A stretch of 64,000 nucleotides of DNA from an uncultured delta proteobacterium (GTDB lineage Bacteria > Myxococcota_A > Polyangia > Haliangiales > Haliangiaceae), in the NCBI GenBank assembly GCA_963743525.1, contig CAVUQH010000002.1, positions 64,001 to 128,000 of the forward strand, in the 5' to 3' direction. The notes beneath the pieces were generated by a model. The model had not been told where the DNA came from. It saw only the letters and a list, made by a program, of their open reading frames with translations, and searched no databases. A program made the position numbers and the translations under genes. Positions 15,522 through 26,000 of the stretch are shown in pieces. Numbering within the stretch: position 1 is the first letter of the stretch; the number at the start of each line of letters is the position of its first letter.

Positions 15522-15718
15522 CCACGCCAACCCACCGGAACCCGGCGGGGCGCGGCCACGCGCTGCTACGTCGCTGCCCCGCTGTGGCGGAACGGGGCAA
15601 GCCGCACGCAAATGGCCCCTAATCCAGCTCTTAGCCCCCTCGCGATCGCGATCTCACGCCCGCACAGCCACGACAGGTGCTGGCAACCCCTGGTCATCGC
15701 CGAGCATCTCATCCCACA

Positions 15719-16735
15719 ATGGACACCGCTCGCTCCCGGCAGCTGCTCTCGGCCGCCGCGTGCACCGCGGCGCTCGCGTCGATCTACGGCGTCTGCATCG
15801 CCGTGGGCCGCTCGCATCTCCTCGCCGAGCACCCCGACGCGCTGGGCACCGCACTCACGGTCAACCTGACCGTCTCCGCCGCGCTCGCCGTCTACCTGCT
15901 CGGCGTCCGCCGCGGCGTCCTGCCCCGCGCCGTGCTCATCCCCGTGTTCGGCGCCGGCCTGGTCGTCGCGCGCGCGCTCGTCCCTGCGCGGCACCATCAG
16001 GTGGCCACCGTCATGATGGCGGCCTGGAGTATCGTCGAGCTCGCGCTGCTGGCGTGGCTCGCGTATCGCGCACGCCACGCCCTCCGCGCCTACCGGTGCC
16101 AACGCGATGCCGGACGCAGCGTGCCCTGGGCACTGCAGCACGCCCTCGCCTCCGCGCTGGGCAACGGCCGGGCCGCGGGCTTCATCGCCAGCGAGCTCAC
16201 GATCCTTGCCTGCGCCACCGCCGGACTGTTCCGGCGCGGCCCTGCGCAACGTTGCCGGGATCGCGACGAGTCGATGTGGATGGCGGCCCTCGCCGGCCTC
16301 GGCGTCGCTCTCGTCGGCGAGGCGTTCGCGGTGCACATGCTACTCCGCGCCTGGTCACCAAGCGCGGCGCTGATCGCCGGATGCCTCCACGCCTACACCG
16401 GCCTGTGGCTGCTCGGCGACGCCCGCGCCCTGCGCCTGTCCCACGGCACCCGCGTCGATGGCGACGTACTGGAGATCGACCTCGGTCTCCACGCCCGCGC
16501 GCGCCTGCCGCTGTCCGCGATCGATCGCCTCGAGGCGGTCGGCGCCGCCCCACCGGACCGCGCCACGCCCGGCTACGTCCGCGCCACCTTGCTCGGCGAC
16601 CCCAACCTGCTCATCCACCTGCGCGAGCCGACGCCGGTGCACCTGGCCCTGGGCCGCGAGCGCCTCGCCACCACCATCGGAGTGGCCCTCACCGCCCCGG
16701 AAGCTCTGGCCGAGGTGATGCCCAACAACACTTGA
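15719..16735 (+). CDS. Multi-pass membrane protein, unknown function
   Basis: Several hydrophobic segments followed by a soluble C-terminal beta-rich region. Confidence 0.6.
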   Translation: MDTARSRQLLSAAACTAALASIYGVCIAVGRSHLLAEHPDALGTALTVNLTVSAALAVYLLGVRRGVLPRAVLIPVFGAGLVVARALVPARHHQVATVMMAAWSIVELALLAWLAYRARHALRAYRCQRDAGRSVPWALQHALASALGNGRAAGFIASELTILACATAGLFRRGPAQRCRDRDESMWMAALAGLGVALVGEAFAVHMLLRAWSPSAALIAGCLHAYTGLWLLGDARALRLSHGTRVDGDVLEIDLGLHARARLPLSAIDRLEAVGAAPPDRATPGYVRATLLGDPNLLIHLREPTPVHLALGRERLATTIGVALTAPEALAEVMPNNT

Positions 16736-16823
16736 ACTTCGCGCGCCGCTCGGGCAAAGTTCTCCCCCTTCGGCGGCCCCGGCCGCTCGAAGGCCGCAGA
16801 AAAACTGAAGATCATCGCCCAAT

Positions 16824-16898
<75 letters not shown>

Positions 16899-16995
16899 TA
16901 CGCAGGGACCGCTTCGTCGCCGTGTCCCGGAGCGTGATCGGCGAACGCCGGACATTGCCGGCCACTGCACGGGCGGGCAGCGCGATCGTGGATCG

Positions 16996-17499
16996 GTGCG
17001 GTTCGTGGTGGTGATGGTGGCGCTGCTGGGAGCGCCCGCGACGGCGTGGGCCGGAGCGGGCGGCGGCGGTGGCGCGCAGGTGGCGACGGGCGGCACGGAC
17101 CACTACCTGCTCGGCCAGGTCGAGGGCGGATGGTACGAGCGGAAGGTCAACCTTCATCTCGCGGTGCGCGGTGGGCGCATCGTCGGCGATGACGAGGGCT
17201 ACGCGGGCTGGGCCGTCGAAGTGACCGGTGGGGTGCGCGCCTTCCCGGTGTGCGCTCTCCATCTCTGTCTGGGCGCGGGTGTGGACGCGGGGTGGGCGCG
17301 TCACCAGTGGACGACGCCGGTGACGGTCGAGCCGGTCGAATCGTTCGTGGCGCTACCGGTTGTCGTCGTGTCGGCGCGCCCGGCTCGCAGGTGGCGAGTC
17401 AACGTCGCTACCGGGCTCCGCGTCACCGGCGACCACCGGAGCGGATGGATGTTCGGGCTCGCAATCGTCGTTGCGGCCGACGAGGCCACACCGCGGTGA
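16996..17499 (+). CDS. Secreted hypothetical protein (beta-strand rich)
   Basis: Signal peptide ending AWA, amphipathic strands. Confidence 0.5.
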   Translation: MRFVVVMVALLGAPATAWAGAGGGGGAQVATGGTDHYLLGQVEGGWYERKVNLHLAVRGGRIVGDDEGYAGWAVEVTGGVRAFPVCALHLCLGAGVDAGWARHQWTTPVTVEPVESFVALPVVVVSARPARRWRVNVATGLRVTGDHRSGWMFGLAIVVAADEATPR

Positions 17500-17527
17500 G
17501 CTTCGGGTCGTCACCGCGGTGGCGGGC

Positions 17528-17908
17528 TCAGGGGATGGTGACCGTGATCTTGTCGGACGGATCGGAGATGGCCTCGCCCTGCATCGCGTGAACCATGTAG
17601 ACGTAGGTCGTGCCGGAGACGGCGGTCGTGTCGTCGTAGGTGGTCTGCGTGGACGGCACCTTCCACATCGACGTGGTCTTGTCGGTGTTCTGCTCGACGC
17701 GCATGACCATGAACATGTCCTCGCCGCCGGATCCCGACCAGGTCATCTGCACGGCGCCCGAGCCCGCGTCGTAGGTGGCGGTGAAGTCGGTCGGCGCCAC
17801 CAGTGGCGCGGTGTTGTTGCCGTCGTCGCCGGCGCATCCGGCGACCAGCGCCGGGGTGGCGAGCAGGAGGAGGGAGGCAACGGCGAGCAATCGCGTGATC
17901 TTCGGCAT
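17528..17908 (-). CDS. Fibronectin type III-like lipoprotein
   Basis: Lipobox LVAGC, APTDFTA...MTW...TYDDT...GTTYVYMV...SDPS. Confidence 0.75.
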   Translation of the reverse strand: MPKITRLLAVASLLLLATPALVAGCAGDDGNNTAPLVAPTDFTATYDAGSGAVQMTWSGSGGEDMFMVMRVEQNTDKTTSMWKVPSTQTTYDDTTAVSGTTYVYMVHAMQGEAISDPSDKITVTIP

Positions 17909-18039
17909 GCGTGAACTGAATCACGGCAGGCGGTGGCGGCGCAATCCGGCGGAGGCCGACAGGGAATGACAGCGGCGCGACTGCCGCTTCTCAACGGGTT
18001 GGGCCCGTCGGGCCGCTGGCCCCCGAGCTCTTCGGTCCC

Positions 18040-18931
18040 TCAGGTCACGATCACCAGGCAGGTGCCGTCGTGGCAGAACTCGTGGTCGCCGCAGTCGTTG
18101 TTGGTCGTGCAGTCGCCGGGCGGCGTCGGGTCGCAGCTCTGGGTGTCAACGTCGGGGGTGCAGCAGTCGCCGGGGGTGACCTCGACGGTATTGGTCCCGC
18201 CCTTGGCCGGCGAGGCGTGGACCTCGCTCATGAAGGCGGAGCCGAAGCCGACCGGATCGAAGGCCGACTGCGCGATCCAGAATCTCGTAGACGACGCGGA
18301 AGTCCCAGTCGGGCGCGGCCGGATCGGGGGTGCAGTTGGCGTCGGTCATCGGTGAGTCGGTGGTGAAGTCGCAGTAGCCGCGCTCGTTGAGGTTGCGGTC
18401 CATCGAGGTGGTGACGGCGAGGATGGCGGATGGATCGCCCAGGTTCACCTTGCCGTCTCCGCCGGTCACGCCGAGGCTGCTGTAGCCGCACGGGGCGTTG
18501 GGATCCTGGCTGAGGTAGTCGAGGTCGAGATCGAACACGGTGTCGCCGTTGGCGTCGAGCGCGACGATGTTGATGTGGTCGCTGCCGACGAGGTCGTTGA
18601 ACTTGTGGCCCTTCGGCCAGCCGACGGCGTTGGCGCCGTAGCTGTTGTCGGCAAACGAGGGGTTGAGGGTGATGCGGATGTAGACCGCCGGGATGCCCTG
18701 GTAGGTGGTGAGCTCGTGCTCGATGACCGCCTCCGGCGGGGAGTCGGGCGGATCGCCCACGCCGTCCAGGCAGACCGCGTTGTTGCCGGGGGGCTGTTCG
18801 CTGCCGCCGGCGCACTGGCCAAACGGCGGTGTGTAGACGCCGCCGTCTGAGCCACCACCACCGCCGCCGCTGGAGCTGCCGCCGCAGGCGACCAGGAACG
18901 CGAGTCCAACGGTTGTGGAGATCTTCTTCAC
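18040..18931 (-). pseudogene. Lipoprotein, frameshifted at ~18282 (possibly sequencing error)
   Basis: GTG start with GGAG RBS and lipobox LVAC. Reads to VVYEI, then continues in another frame WIAQSAFDPVGFGSAFMSEVHASPAK...CLVIVT. Confidence 0.7.
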
Positions 18932-19091
18932 GGCGGCTCCTCCGACGCGACAACGGGGCGTCGACCTTCGATCCTCCCACGATTCCGCCGCGCAGAGGTC
19001 AGCGATCTGTGCACCGGGCACGCCCCGCACCGGGACCTACATGGCCTACATCGAAGCCGCCGCCCGCTGGCTCTACAATGGCCGGCGAGGG

Positions 19092-20435
19092 ATGGGCAAC
19101 CTATCCACCAGCTCCGAGATGCGCTTCGGGCGCTACCGGGTCGTCGGTCAGCTCGGCGCCGGAGCGATGGCGCAGGTCTATCGCGCGCACGACGAGACGC
19201 TGGGCCGCGACGTAGCGATCAAGGTGGTGCAGACCGCGTATCTCGGCCCGTTCGCCGCCGAGCAGTTCCGCGCGCGGTTCGCGACGGAGGCGCGGGTAGT
19301 CGCCGGGCTGTCGCACCCGAACATCGTCGCGGTGCACGACATCGGGGTCGAGGACGGCAAGCCGTTCCTGGTGATGGAGCTCGCCGAGGGGGCGTCGCTC
19401 AAGCAGCGGCTCGAGCAGGGAACGCTGTCGTGCGAGGAGGTGCGGCTGCTCGGCGCGCAGATCGCTGGAGCCCTGGCAGCGGCGCACAAAAGCGGCATCG
19501 TCCACCGAGACGTCAAGCCGGCCAACCTGCTGCAGGCCAGGCCGGGACTGTGGAAGCTGGCCGACTTCGGCGTCGCCCACGCGCCCGATTCGGAGCTCAC
19601 CATCACCGGGCAGTTCGTCGGCTCGCCGGCGTACGCGGCGCCCGAGGCGCTGAGCTCCGGTGAGATGGGACCCGCCTGCGACATCTACGGGCTGGGCGCG
19701 ACGATGTGGACGGCGCTGGTCGGCAAGGCGCCGTACGCCGATCGCAAGACCGGGGCGTTCGGCGCCGGCGGTCCGCCGGATCTGACGGCGGAGCGGCCGG
19801 ACGTGCCGCCGCCGCTGGCACAGGCCATCAGCGCGGCGCTCACGATCGATCCGGACGGGCGCCCGACGGCGGCCGCGCTGTTGCGCGCGCTGGAGCAGAC
19901 CACCGCCGCACCGCCGGCGGGGCGGCCAACGCCTGTGCCGATGCCGATGGTCGCGCCCGGCGTGGGAACCGAGGACACCGCGCTGGCGGCGACGAGCACT
20001 ACCGTCCTGGTGGCGGAGGCCGAGCGCCGGCGCCGGCGCCGAATCGCCGCGGCGGTCGGCGGCGGGGTGCTGCTGTTGCTGATCATCGCCATCGCCGCGT
20101 CGGGCTCCGACTCCCACGGGCCGCCGCGGCCGCGCCCGGCTCCCGCGTTCGGGGCCAGCGGCGTGCTGGCGGCCGGCGACAGCGACGGCGAGGAGCCGGT
20201 GATGGTCGGCAACTACCCGCGCGAGGGCAAGAACGCCGACCGCATGGCCAAGGCGCTCGAGAAACTCGACGCCGGCAACTACCGCGAGGCGGCCAAGAAG
20301 CTGCGCGAGATCCTGCGCGACGATCCCGACGACTACGAGGCGCGCGCACTGTACGACCAGGTGGCGCCGTACGCCGACGACAACGGTCCGCCGGGACACC
20401 GCGGCCGCGGCAAGAAGCGCGGGCACCGCGACTGA
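19092..20435 (+). CDS. Ser/Thr protein kinase, TM, short TPR-like C-terminus
   Basis: LGAGAMAQVY, VAIK, HRDVKPAN, DFG, GSPAYAAPE. Confidence 0.9.
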   Translation: MGNLSTSSEMRFGRYRVVGQLGAGAMAQVYRAHDETLGRDVAIKVVQTAYLGPFAAEQFRARFATEARVVAGLSHPNIVAVHDIGVEDGKPFLVMELAEGASLKQRLEQGTLSCEEVRLLGAQIAGALAAAHKSGIVHRDVKPANLLQARPGLWKLADFGVAHAPDSELTITGQFVGSPAYAAPEALSSGEMGPACDIYGLGATMWTALVGKAPYADRKTGAFGAGGPPDLTAERPDVPPPLAQAISAALTIDPDGRPTAAALLRALEQTTAAPPAGRPTPVPMPMVAPGVGTEDTALAATSTTVLVAEAERRRRRRIAAAVGGGVLLLLIIAIAASGSDSHGPPRPRPAPAFGASGVLAAGDSDGEEPVMVGNYPREGKNADRMAKALEKLDAGNYREAAKKLREILRDDPDDYEARALYDQVAPYADDNGPPGHRGRGKKRGHRD

Positions 20436-20439
20436 GCGC

Positions 20440-21339
20440 TCACGCCGGAAGGTGATCGAGCGAGCGGAAGGCGGCGTCGAGCGCGGCGATCATGGCCCCG
20501 GCATCGGCGAAGCGCTCCTCGGGCTTCTTGTGCAGGGCGCCGGCGACGAGAGCTTCCAGCTCGGGCGTCACCCACGCGGCGCCCCCTGCCCGCTCGGCCA
20601 GTGACGGCGCCGGCGCGCGGATGTGCTGGCGCAGAATGGCCGCGCCGTTGTCGCCGCGGTACGGCGGCTCGCCGGTGAGCATGTCGAACAGGATGCAACC
20701 GACGGCGTACAGATCGGTGCGGCCGTCTACGGCTCGGCCCAGCGCCTGCTCGGGCGGCATGTACGACGGCGTGCCGTGGACGACGCCGGTGCGGGTCAGC
20801 TCGTCGTCGCCGATCATGTGCGCGGCGACGTCACTGATCAGCTTGACCAGGCCGAAGTCGAGCACCTTGAGCTGATCGTAGGGAGCGTCGGCGCGCCCGG
20901 CCTGGACCACCATCAGGTTGTCGGGCTTGAGGTCGCGGTGGACCAGCCCGGCGCTGTGGGCGAACGCCAGCGCCTGCAGGGTCTGGCGCGCCAGCACCAG
21001 CGCGCGGCGCGGCTCGAGCGGGCCGTCCGCGAGCATGTCGCCGACCGACGCGCCGCGCACAAGCTCCATCACCAGCGCCAGTGGCCCGTCGGCGACGCGG
21101 CCCAGCGCGATGGTCTCGACGATGTGCGGGTGGCGGAGGAAGCTGCCGGCGCGGGCCTCGCGCTCGAGGCGGAGACTCATCTCCTGGTGCTGCGCCCACT
21201 CGGGCAGCAGCGTCTTGATCGCCACCGGGCGGTCGTCGCGGGTGTCAACGCCCTCGTGGACGGCGCCCATGCCGCCCATCGCCAGACAGCGGCCGATGCG
21301 GTAGCGCTCGGCCACCAGTCGTCCCTCGAAGTCGCTCAC
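20440..21339 (-). CDS. Soluble Ser/Thr protein kinase (kinase domain only)
   Basis: GGMGAV, VAIK, HRDLKPDN, DFG, GTPSYMPPE. Confidence 0.92.
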   Translation of the reverse strand: MSDFEGRLVAERYRIGRCLAMGGMGAVHEGVDTRDDRPVAIKTLLPEWAQHQEMSLRLEREARAGSFLRHPHIVETIALGRVADGPLALVMELVRGASVGDMLADGPLEPRRALVLARQTLQALAFAHSAGLVHRDLKPDNLMVVQAGRADAPYDQLKVLDFGLVKLISDVAAHMIGDDELTRTGVVHGTPSYMPPEQALGRAVDGRTDLYAVGCILFDMLTGEPPYRGDNGAAILRQHIRAPAPSLAERAGGAAWVTPELEALVAGALHKKPEERFADAGAMIAALDAAFRSLDHLPA

Positions 21340-21398
21340 GCCGCTCGATTGTACGGCAACGTCCCCACTCCCGCGCCGCCGGCCTCCACCTCGGTTCC

Positions 21399-21755
21399 GT
21401 GGTAAACGACGCTGTGCCTCTGATCTACCGCCGCAGCGAGCAGGACGGCCGCATCGAGATCCAGGTCAAGCCGGCCTGGTACGTGGCTCGCTACGCGACG
21501 CTGCCGTTTGCCCTGCCCCTCATCGTCCTCGGCCCGCGGCTGGGGATGATGGCGGTCTATGTCTGCGCCGCCGGGCTGCTGGGCTCGCTGCTGGTGCGAA
21601 TCTTCGGGCTGCGCGCCGTGCGCCGCGAGCTCCACGACGCCATGCGCCGCGGCGTGTTGCAGCTGAGCGGCAGCGCCTGGGACTACCGGCACCCGCTGCG
21701 CTACGGCTATACGCGCCCGCTACCGCCGGCGACCGTCGTCAAGGACGGTCACTGA
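21399..21755 (+). CDS. Small membrane protein
   Basis: Two hydrophobic segments; fills the gap between neighbouring genes. Confidence 0.45.
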   Translation: MVNDAVPLIYRRSEQDGRIEIQVKPAWYVARYATLPFALPLIVLGPRLGMMAVYVCAAGLLGSLLVRIFGLRAVRRELHDAMRRGVLQLSGSAWDYRHPLRYGYTRPLPPATVVKDGH

Positions 21756-21764
21756 GGCGCGCGC

Positions 21765-23066
21765 CTACTCGCCGAACTGCAGCCTCACCTGATCGCGCAT
21801 CTTGATCTTCTGCACGTCGGTGAGCTTGTCGGACTGATCGATGACACCGTAGACGTACGGCTTGGAGAAAGCGCCCGACTCGCACATCTCCTTCACCTTG
21901 CTCCACGTCTTGACGTAGGGCTCCATGTCCTTGTCGCGGATGATGCCGCCCAGGTTCTTGCGCGCCCACTCGGAGCCCCTGGTCTTCCAGCTGCTCTTTT
22001 CCTCGTCCGAGTCGGACTTGTTGATGCGCACCAGCTTGTCGTCGACCTTGCGCCCCTTGGCGTCGCCGATGCCGGGCACCAGGTCGCCACGCGCGGCGTC
22101 GAGCCGGGCGAGGGGAAACTGGGTGTGGTCCATTGGGTTGCCGATGCCGACCGACTGCAGCTCGAAGACGTCGCCCTTGGTCAGCGCCATGCCGGCCGAG
22201 TGGACGAGGTCGCCCTCGGCGCGGTAGTGGGTGCTGGTGACCTGATCCTCGGGCTTGGCCTTGGCGTTGTGTTCCTTGAGCGCCTCGGCATCCTTGGGAT
22301 TGATGCCGGGAGACTGGAAGGTGACGATCCGCGCCACCCCGCCGGGGAAGCGACAGGCCGCAAGCTGCGCCAGAGCACCGCCCAGGCTGTGGCCGGTGAC
22401 GATCGCCTTGCCGCCGGCGGCGCCGAACACCTGCTCGATGCGGCCGACGTTGGAGGTGAACTGATAGGTGCCGATGCCCTTGCGGTTGACGTCGTCGGAG
22501 ACACCGCGCGGGCCGTGCTTGTTGTCGGTGCCGCGGAAGGCCATGACCGGCCGCGGGCGGCCGCCGTGAATGGCGCGGATGGTCTTGGCCCGATCGGTGT
22601 TGTTCGCCAGCGCTTCAGAGGTGGGCAGGTACAGGACCAGGCGGAAACCGCTCTCCGGATCCTCGACGGCACCGGCCTCGCGATAACCCCACGCCGGCAG
22701 CTTGGTGTTGTCCAGGCGGCCGTAGGCGCCGTTGTGCGCCAGCTGCTCGAGGACGATGTCGAGGTTGGAGATCTCCTGCGCGTCCTGGAGGACCTTCTTC
22801 TTGCGCCCGGGCATCTTCAGCCGCGCGTCGTAGATCGCCTTCTTCGGGTTGAGCGACGACAGCGACCACTTCTTGGCCTTCTTCTCGTCCGACTCGACCG
22901 GCTTGGGCTCGACCTCGGTCTCGAGCGACTTGCCGGTCTCCCTGGCCGCCAGCTTCGAGACCTTGTCCTGGTCTTCGTCCTCGTCCTCCTCGTGCTCGCC
23001 CTCTTCGGATTCGAGCTCGGGCTCGGGCTGCTTTATCTGTTCCTGCTTGTCGGGCTTGGACTCCAC
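21765..23066 (-). CDS. Lipase class 3-like alpha/beta hydrolase with charged disordered N-terminus
   Basis: MAFRGTD, TGHSLGGALAQ, TFQSPG, GDLV. GAGGAG RBS before GTG 23066. No signal peptide. Confidence 0.8.
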   Translation of the reverse strand: MESKPDKQEQIKQPEPELESEEGEHEEDEDEDQDKVSKLAARETGKSLETEVEPKPVESDEKKAKKWSLSSLNPKKAIYDARLKMPGRKKKVLQDAQEISNLDIVLEQLAHNGAYGRLDNTKLPAWGYREAGAVEDPESGFRLVLYLPTSEALANNTDRAKTIRAIHGGRPRPVMAFRGTDNKHGPRGVSDDVNRKGIGTYQFTSNVGRIEQVFGAAGGKAIVTGHSLGGALAQLAACRFPGGVARIVTFQSPGINPKDAEALKEHNAKAKPEDQVTSTHYRAEGDLVHSAGMALTKGDVFELQSVGIGNPMDHTQFPLARLDAARGDLVPGIGDAKGRKVDDKLVRINKSDSDEEKSSWKTRGSEWARKNLGGIIRDKDMEPYVKTWSKVKEMCESGAFSKPYVYGVIDQSDKLTDVQKIKMRDQVRLQFGE

Positions 23067-23137
23067 CGTGCTCCTCTTACGTGGAACGACGGAGGAATCC
23101 CCCTCCGCCGGGAGGGAATATCGCACGAGCCAGCGGG

Positions 23138-25141
23138 TTAGCGCAGCACCCGACCCATGGTCCGGTACTCGCCACGAGCGGCTCGAACCAGGTGATCCTG
23201 GGCGATCGCCGTCTCCTCGGCCGCAGCCAGGAACGCGGCCGAAAGGACCGCATTGCGAATGTTTGCGCCGGTCATGTCCGGGTAGGCGTGAGCCAGGTGC
23301 TCGAGGTCGAGATCGTCACCCAGCGGCGCCGCCCGGGTGGTCAGCAGGCGCCGCCACAGCTCCAGGCGCTCGTCGGCGTCTGGTGGCCAGAACGACACGT
23401 GGGCAGCCAGCCGCCGCTTGAGCGCCTTGTCGATGCTGGCGTCGAGGTTGGTGGTCAGGATGGTGATGCCGCCGAAGCTCTCGACCCGCTGCAAGAGGTA
23501 GTTCACTTCGAGGTTGGCATAGCGATCGGTCGCGCCTTTGACCTCGGTGCGCTTGGCGAACAGCGCGTCGGCCTCGTCGAACAGCAGCAAGGCGTGACCG
23601 GCCTCGGCGGCGTCGAACAGCCTGGACAGCTGCTTCTCGGTCTCGCCGATCCATTTGGACACGACCTGCGACAGGTCAACCTGGAGCAGCTCGAGATCCA
23701 GCTCGCGAGCGATGATGCCGGCGACCATGGTCTTGCCGGTGCCGGGCGGGCCGGAGAACAGCGCTGGAACACCGATGCCGCGCGCGGCCTTGGAGTCGAA
23801 GCCCCACTGCTCGTAGACGGTGTGGGCGTGGCGAACGCGGGCGATGAGCGCGTTGATCTGGTCGAGGATGTCGGGCGAGACCACCAGGTCGTCCCAGCTC
23901 TGGTCAACCTCGACCCGCCGGGCCAGGCTGCCCAGACGCTCGGCGATGTTGTTGCGCACGCCGGCGACGATGTGGGCGGCCTTCAGGCGGTCGCCGTCGG
24001 GGCGGGCGATGATGCGCGCCGCCGCGGTGGCGCGGGCGATGCCGCCGGGCCCGAGACGATAGCGCAGCGACAGCCCATCCAGCGCGTCGCCGACGCCGGC
24101 GGCGTCCGCGCCCAGCGCCCGCTCCCACAGCGCCCGGCGCGTGGTGGTGTCGGCGACCGGCCAGTCGACGCGAAGGACGTTGCGCTCGAGGCCCAGATCC
24201 AGGCCCGGACGCGCGCTGGTCAAGACGACGGCCCCCTCCATGCTGTCGATCGTCCGCGCCAGCGTGCGCAGCGCCGGGTTGCGCGCGGACTCGCTGCCGG
24301 TGAGATCGTCGATGTTGGCGACCAGGGCGACGGCGCCGCGCAGCAAACACTCGCGGCGCAGCGCGGCCAACGCGTCGTCCAGCGCGCGGGCTTCGCCGGA
24401 CAGACGGCGAACGTCGATCGACAACACTTCGCGGCCGAGCCCGGCGGCGGCGGCGGCGGCGGCGCTGCGGCGGCCGCTGCCCTCGGGCCCCTCGATGAGG
24501 ATGACCAGCGGCGCCGGCTGCTCGAGGCTGTCGACCAGCTTGCCCAGCGCGCGCTGCTGCCGCGGATCATAGGCCGGGTCGTCGGGCAGCGGCAGGCGCC
24601 CGCCGACGGCGTCGAGCGCGTCGTCGATGTCGTCTTCACCGGCCAGATAGGCGACCAGCCGGGCCGACGGACGCAGCGGTGACGCCGACACCGACGCCCC
24701 GGCTTCGGTCAGCTCGATCAGCTGATAGCGGAGCAGCGGGTGCGACGGCCGCATCGCCAGCGCCAGCGCGCGGCCGCGGCTGCCGTCGGCGCCGACCAGG
24801 ATCGTGTACAGGCTGAGCGGCAGCCCGCGGCGCGCCGCCGAGCCGATCAGCGCGTGACCGTGGTTGACGATCCGCGGGTCGGCGACCATCGCCACCGCCA
24901 TCCACACCAGCTCCTGCTCCAGCTCGCCCAGTCCCAGGCGCCGCGCCAGCCGGCGCATCGGCAAGTCGGCGTCGGCGTCGGCGCCGACCCGCTCGAGCTG
25001 CTCGTCCAGGCGCGCCAGCTCGCGGTCGAGCTGTTCGAGCGCCGCGCCGTCGTCCAGCGCCCCGCTCAGCGCCACCGCGCGCAGCGCCAGCGCGTGGGCG
25101 CGATCGAGCTGCAGCTCGAACACCTGGCGCGCAGTCGACAT
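23138..25141 (-). CDS. AAA+ ATPase, Afp15/Pvc15 (eCIS-associated) type
   Basis: Degenerate first AAA domain (GPEGSGRR). Intact second domain [38 protein letters not shown]...[13 protein letters not shown]. Confidence 0.85.
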   Translation of the reverse strand: MSTARQVFELQLDRAHALALRAVALSGALDDGAALEQLDRELARLDEQLERVGADADADLPMRRLARRLGLGELEQELVWMAVAMVADPRIVNHGHALIGSAARRGLPLSLYTILVGADGSRGRALALAMRPSHPLLRYQLIELTEAGASVSASPLRPSARLVAYLAGEDDIDDALDAVGGRLPLPDDPAYDPRQQRALGKLVDSLEQPAPLVILIEGPEGSGRRSAAAAAAAGLGREVLSIDVRRLSGEARALDDALAALRRECLLRGAVALVANIDDLTGSESARNPALRTLARTIDSMEGAVVLTSARPGLDLGLERNVLRVDWPVADTTTRRALWERALGADAAGVGDALDGLSLRYRLGPGGIARATAAARIIARPDGDRLKAAHIVAGVRNNIAERLGSLARRVEVDQSWDDLVVSPDILDQINALIARVRHAHTVYEQWGFDSKAARGIGVPALFSGPPGTGKTMVAGIIARELDLELLQVDLSQVVSKWIGETEKQLSRLFDAAEAGHALLLFDEADALFAKRTEVKGATDRYANLEVNYLLQRVESFGGITILTTNLDASIDKALKRRLAAHVSFWPPDADERLELWRRLLTTRAAPLGDDLDLEHLAHAYPDMTGANIRNAVLSAAFLAAAEETAIAQDHLVRAARGEYRTMGRVLR

Positions 25142-25196
25142 GGAGACATGGTAGCCGGTTCGGCGCCAGCGTGCCCCGCGGGTGGCCGGTTTCGGC

Positions 25197-26000
25197 TCAG
25201 TCAGCGTGCAGTCGCTCGTCGAGGAACGACATCACGCGGTCGAGCGCCGCGCGGGTGGGATGACCGTCGCGGTCAACCAGGTCGTTGGTCAGCACGCTGT
25301 GGGCGACTCGCGGAATCCCGTGGGCATTGCCCGGATGGGAGTCGATCTCGATGGTCTCGACCCCGGGTCCCAGCTCGCGACGCAGCGATTCGAAGCGGGC
25401 CCGCGGACACATGACGTCGGCGGTGAAGCGCAGCGCCAGCACGCCCACGCCTTCGTCGCGCGCGCGGCGGCGGACCACTCCGAGCTCGTCCGCGGACAGG
25501 TGCAGCGCGCGGCGGCGGGCCGGCGTCAGTCCGAACGGCAGCGACGGCTGCGACAGAACCGGCGCCAGCAGGCACGGCTCGAGCATCAGCGCCAGGGCGA
25601 AGTTGCCGGTCAGGCACATGCCGACCGCGCCCACGCCCGGCCCGCCCGCGCGCCGGTGCAGGTCGCGCGCCAGCGCCCGCAACCAGTCGGTGATCGCCGA
25701 CGACCGGTGCGTCAACAGCAGCTCGAACTCGGCCGAGATGCAGGCGCGAGCGATACTCTGCAGCGCATAGCCTGGCGACAGCGGCTTGCCCGGCGTGCCG
25801 ATGAGATCCGGCATGGCCACGGTGTAGCCCGCGTCGGCCACGCGGGTCGAGAACGCCGCCACCTGCGGCGTGATGCCCGGCACCTCGGTCATGACCACCA
25901 CGCCGGGTCCGTCGCCGCGGTAGAAGACGTCGCGCGTGCGCCCGTCGTGGGAGAACGATTCGCGGGTGAAGCCGTCGAGCGAGCGGTTACCAGAGGGCAT
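25197..26000 (-). CDS. Dienelactone hydrolase family protein
   Basis: EVPGITP, GAVGMCLTG nucleophile elbow, AHSVLT. Confidence 0.85.
   Translation of the reverse strand: MPSGNRSLDGFTRESFSHDGRTRDVFYRGDGPGVVVMTEVPGITPQVAAFSTRVADAGYTVAMPDLIGTPGKPLSPGYALQSIARACISAEFELLLTHRSSAITDWLRALARDLHRRAGGPGVGAVGMCLTGNFALALMLEPCLLAPVLSQPSLPFGLTPARRRALHLSADELGVVRRRARDEGVGVLALRFTADVMCPRARFESLRRELGPGVETIEIDSHPGNAHGIPRVAHSVLTNDLVDRDGHPTRAALDRVMSFLDERLHAD

Noticed and set aside
21399..21755. Small membrane protein as immunity gene for the lipase
   Set aside because: Convergent orientation and no recognisable immunity features; unsupported.
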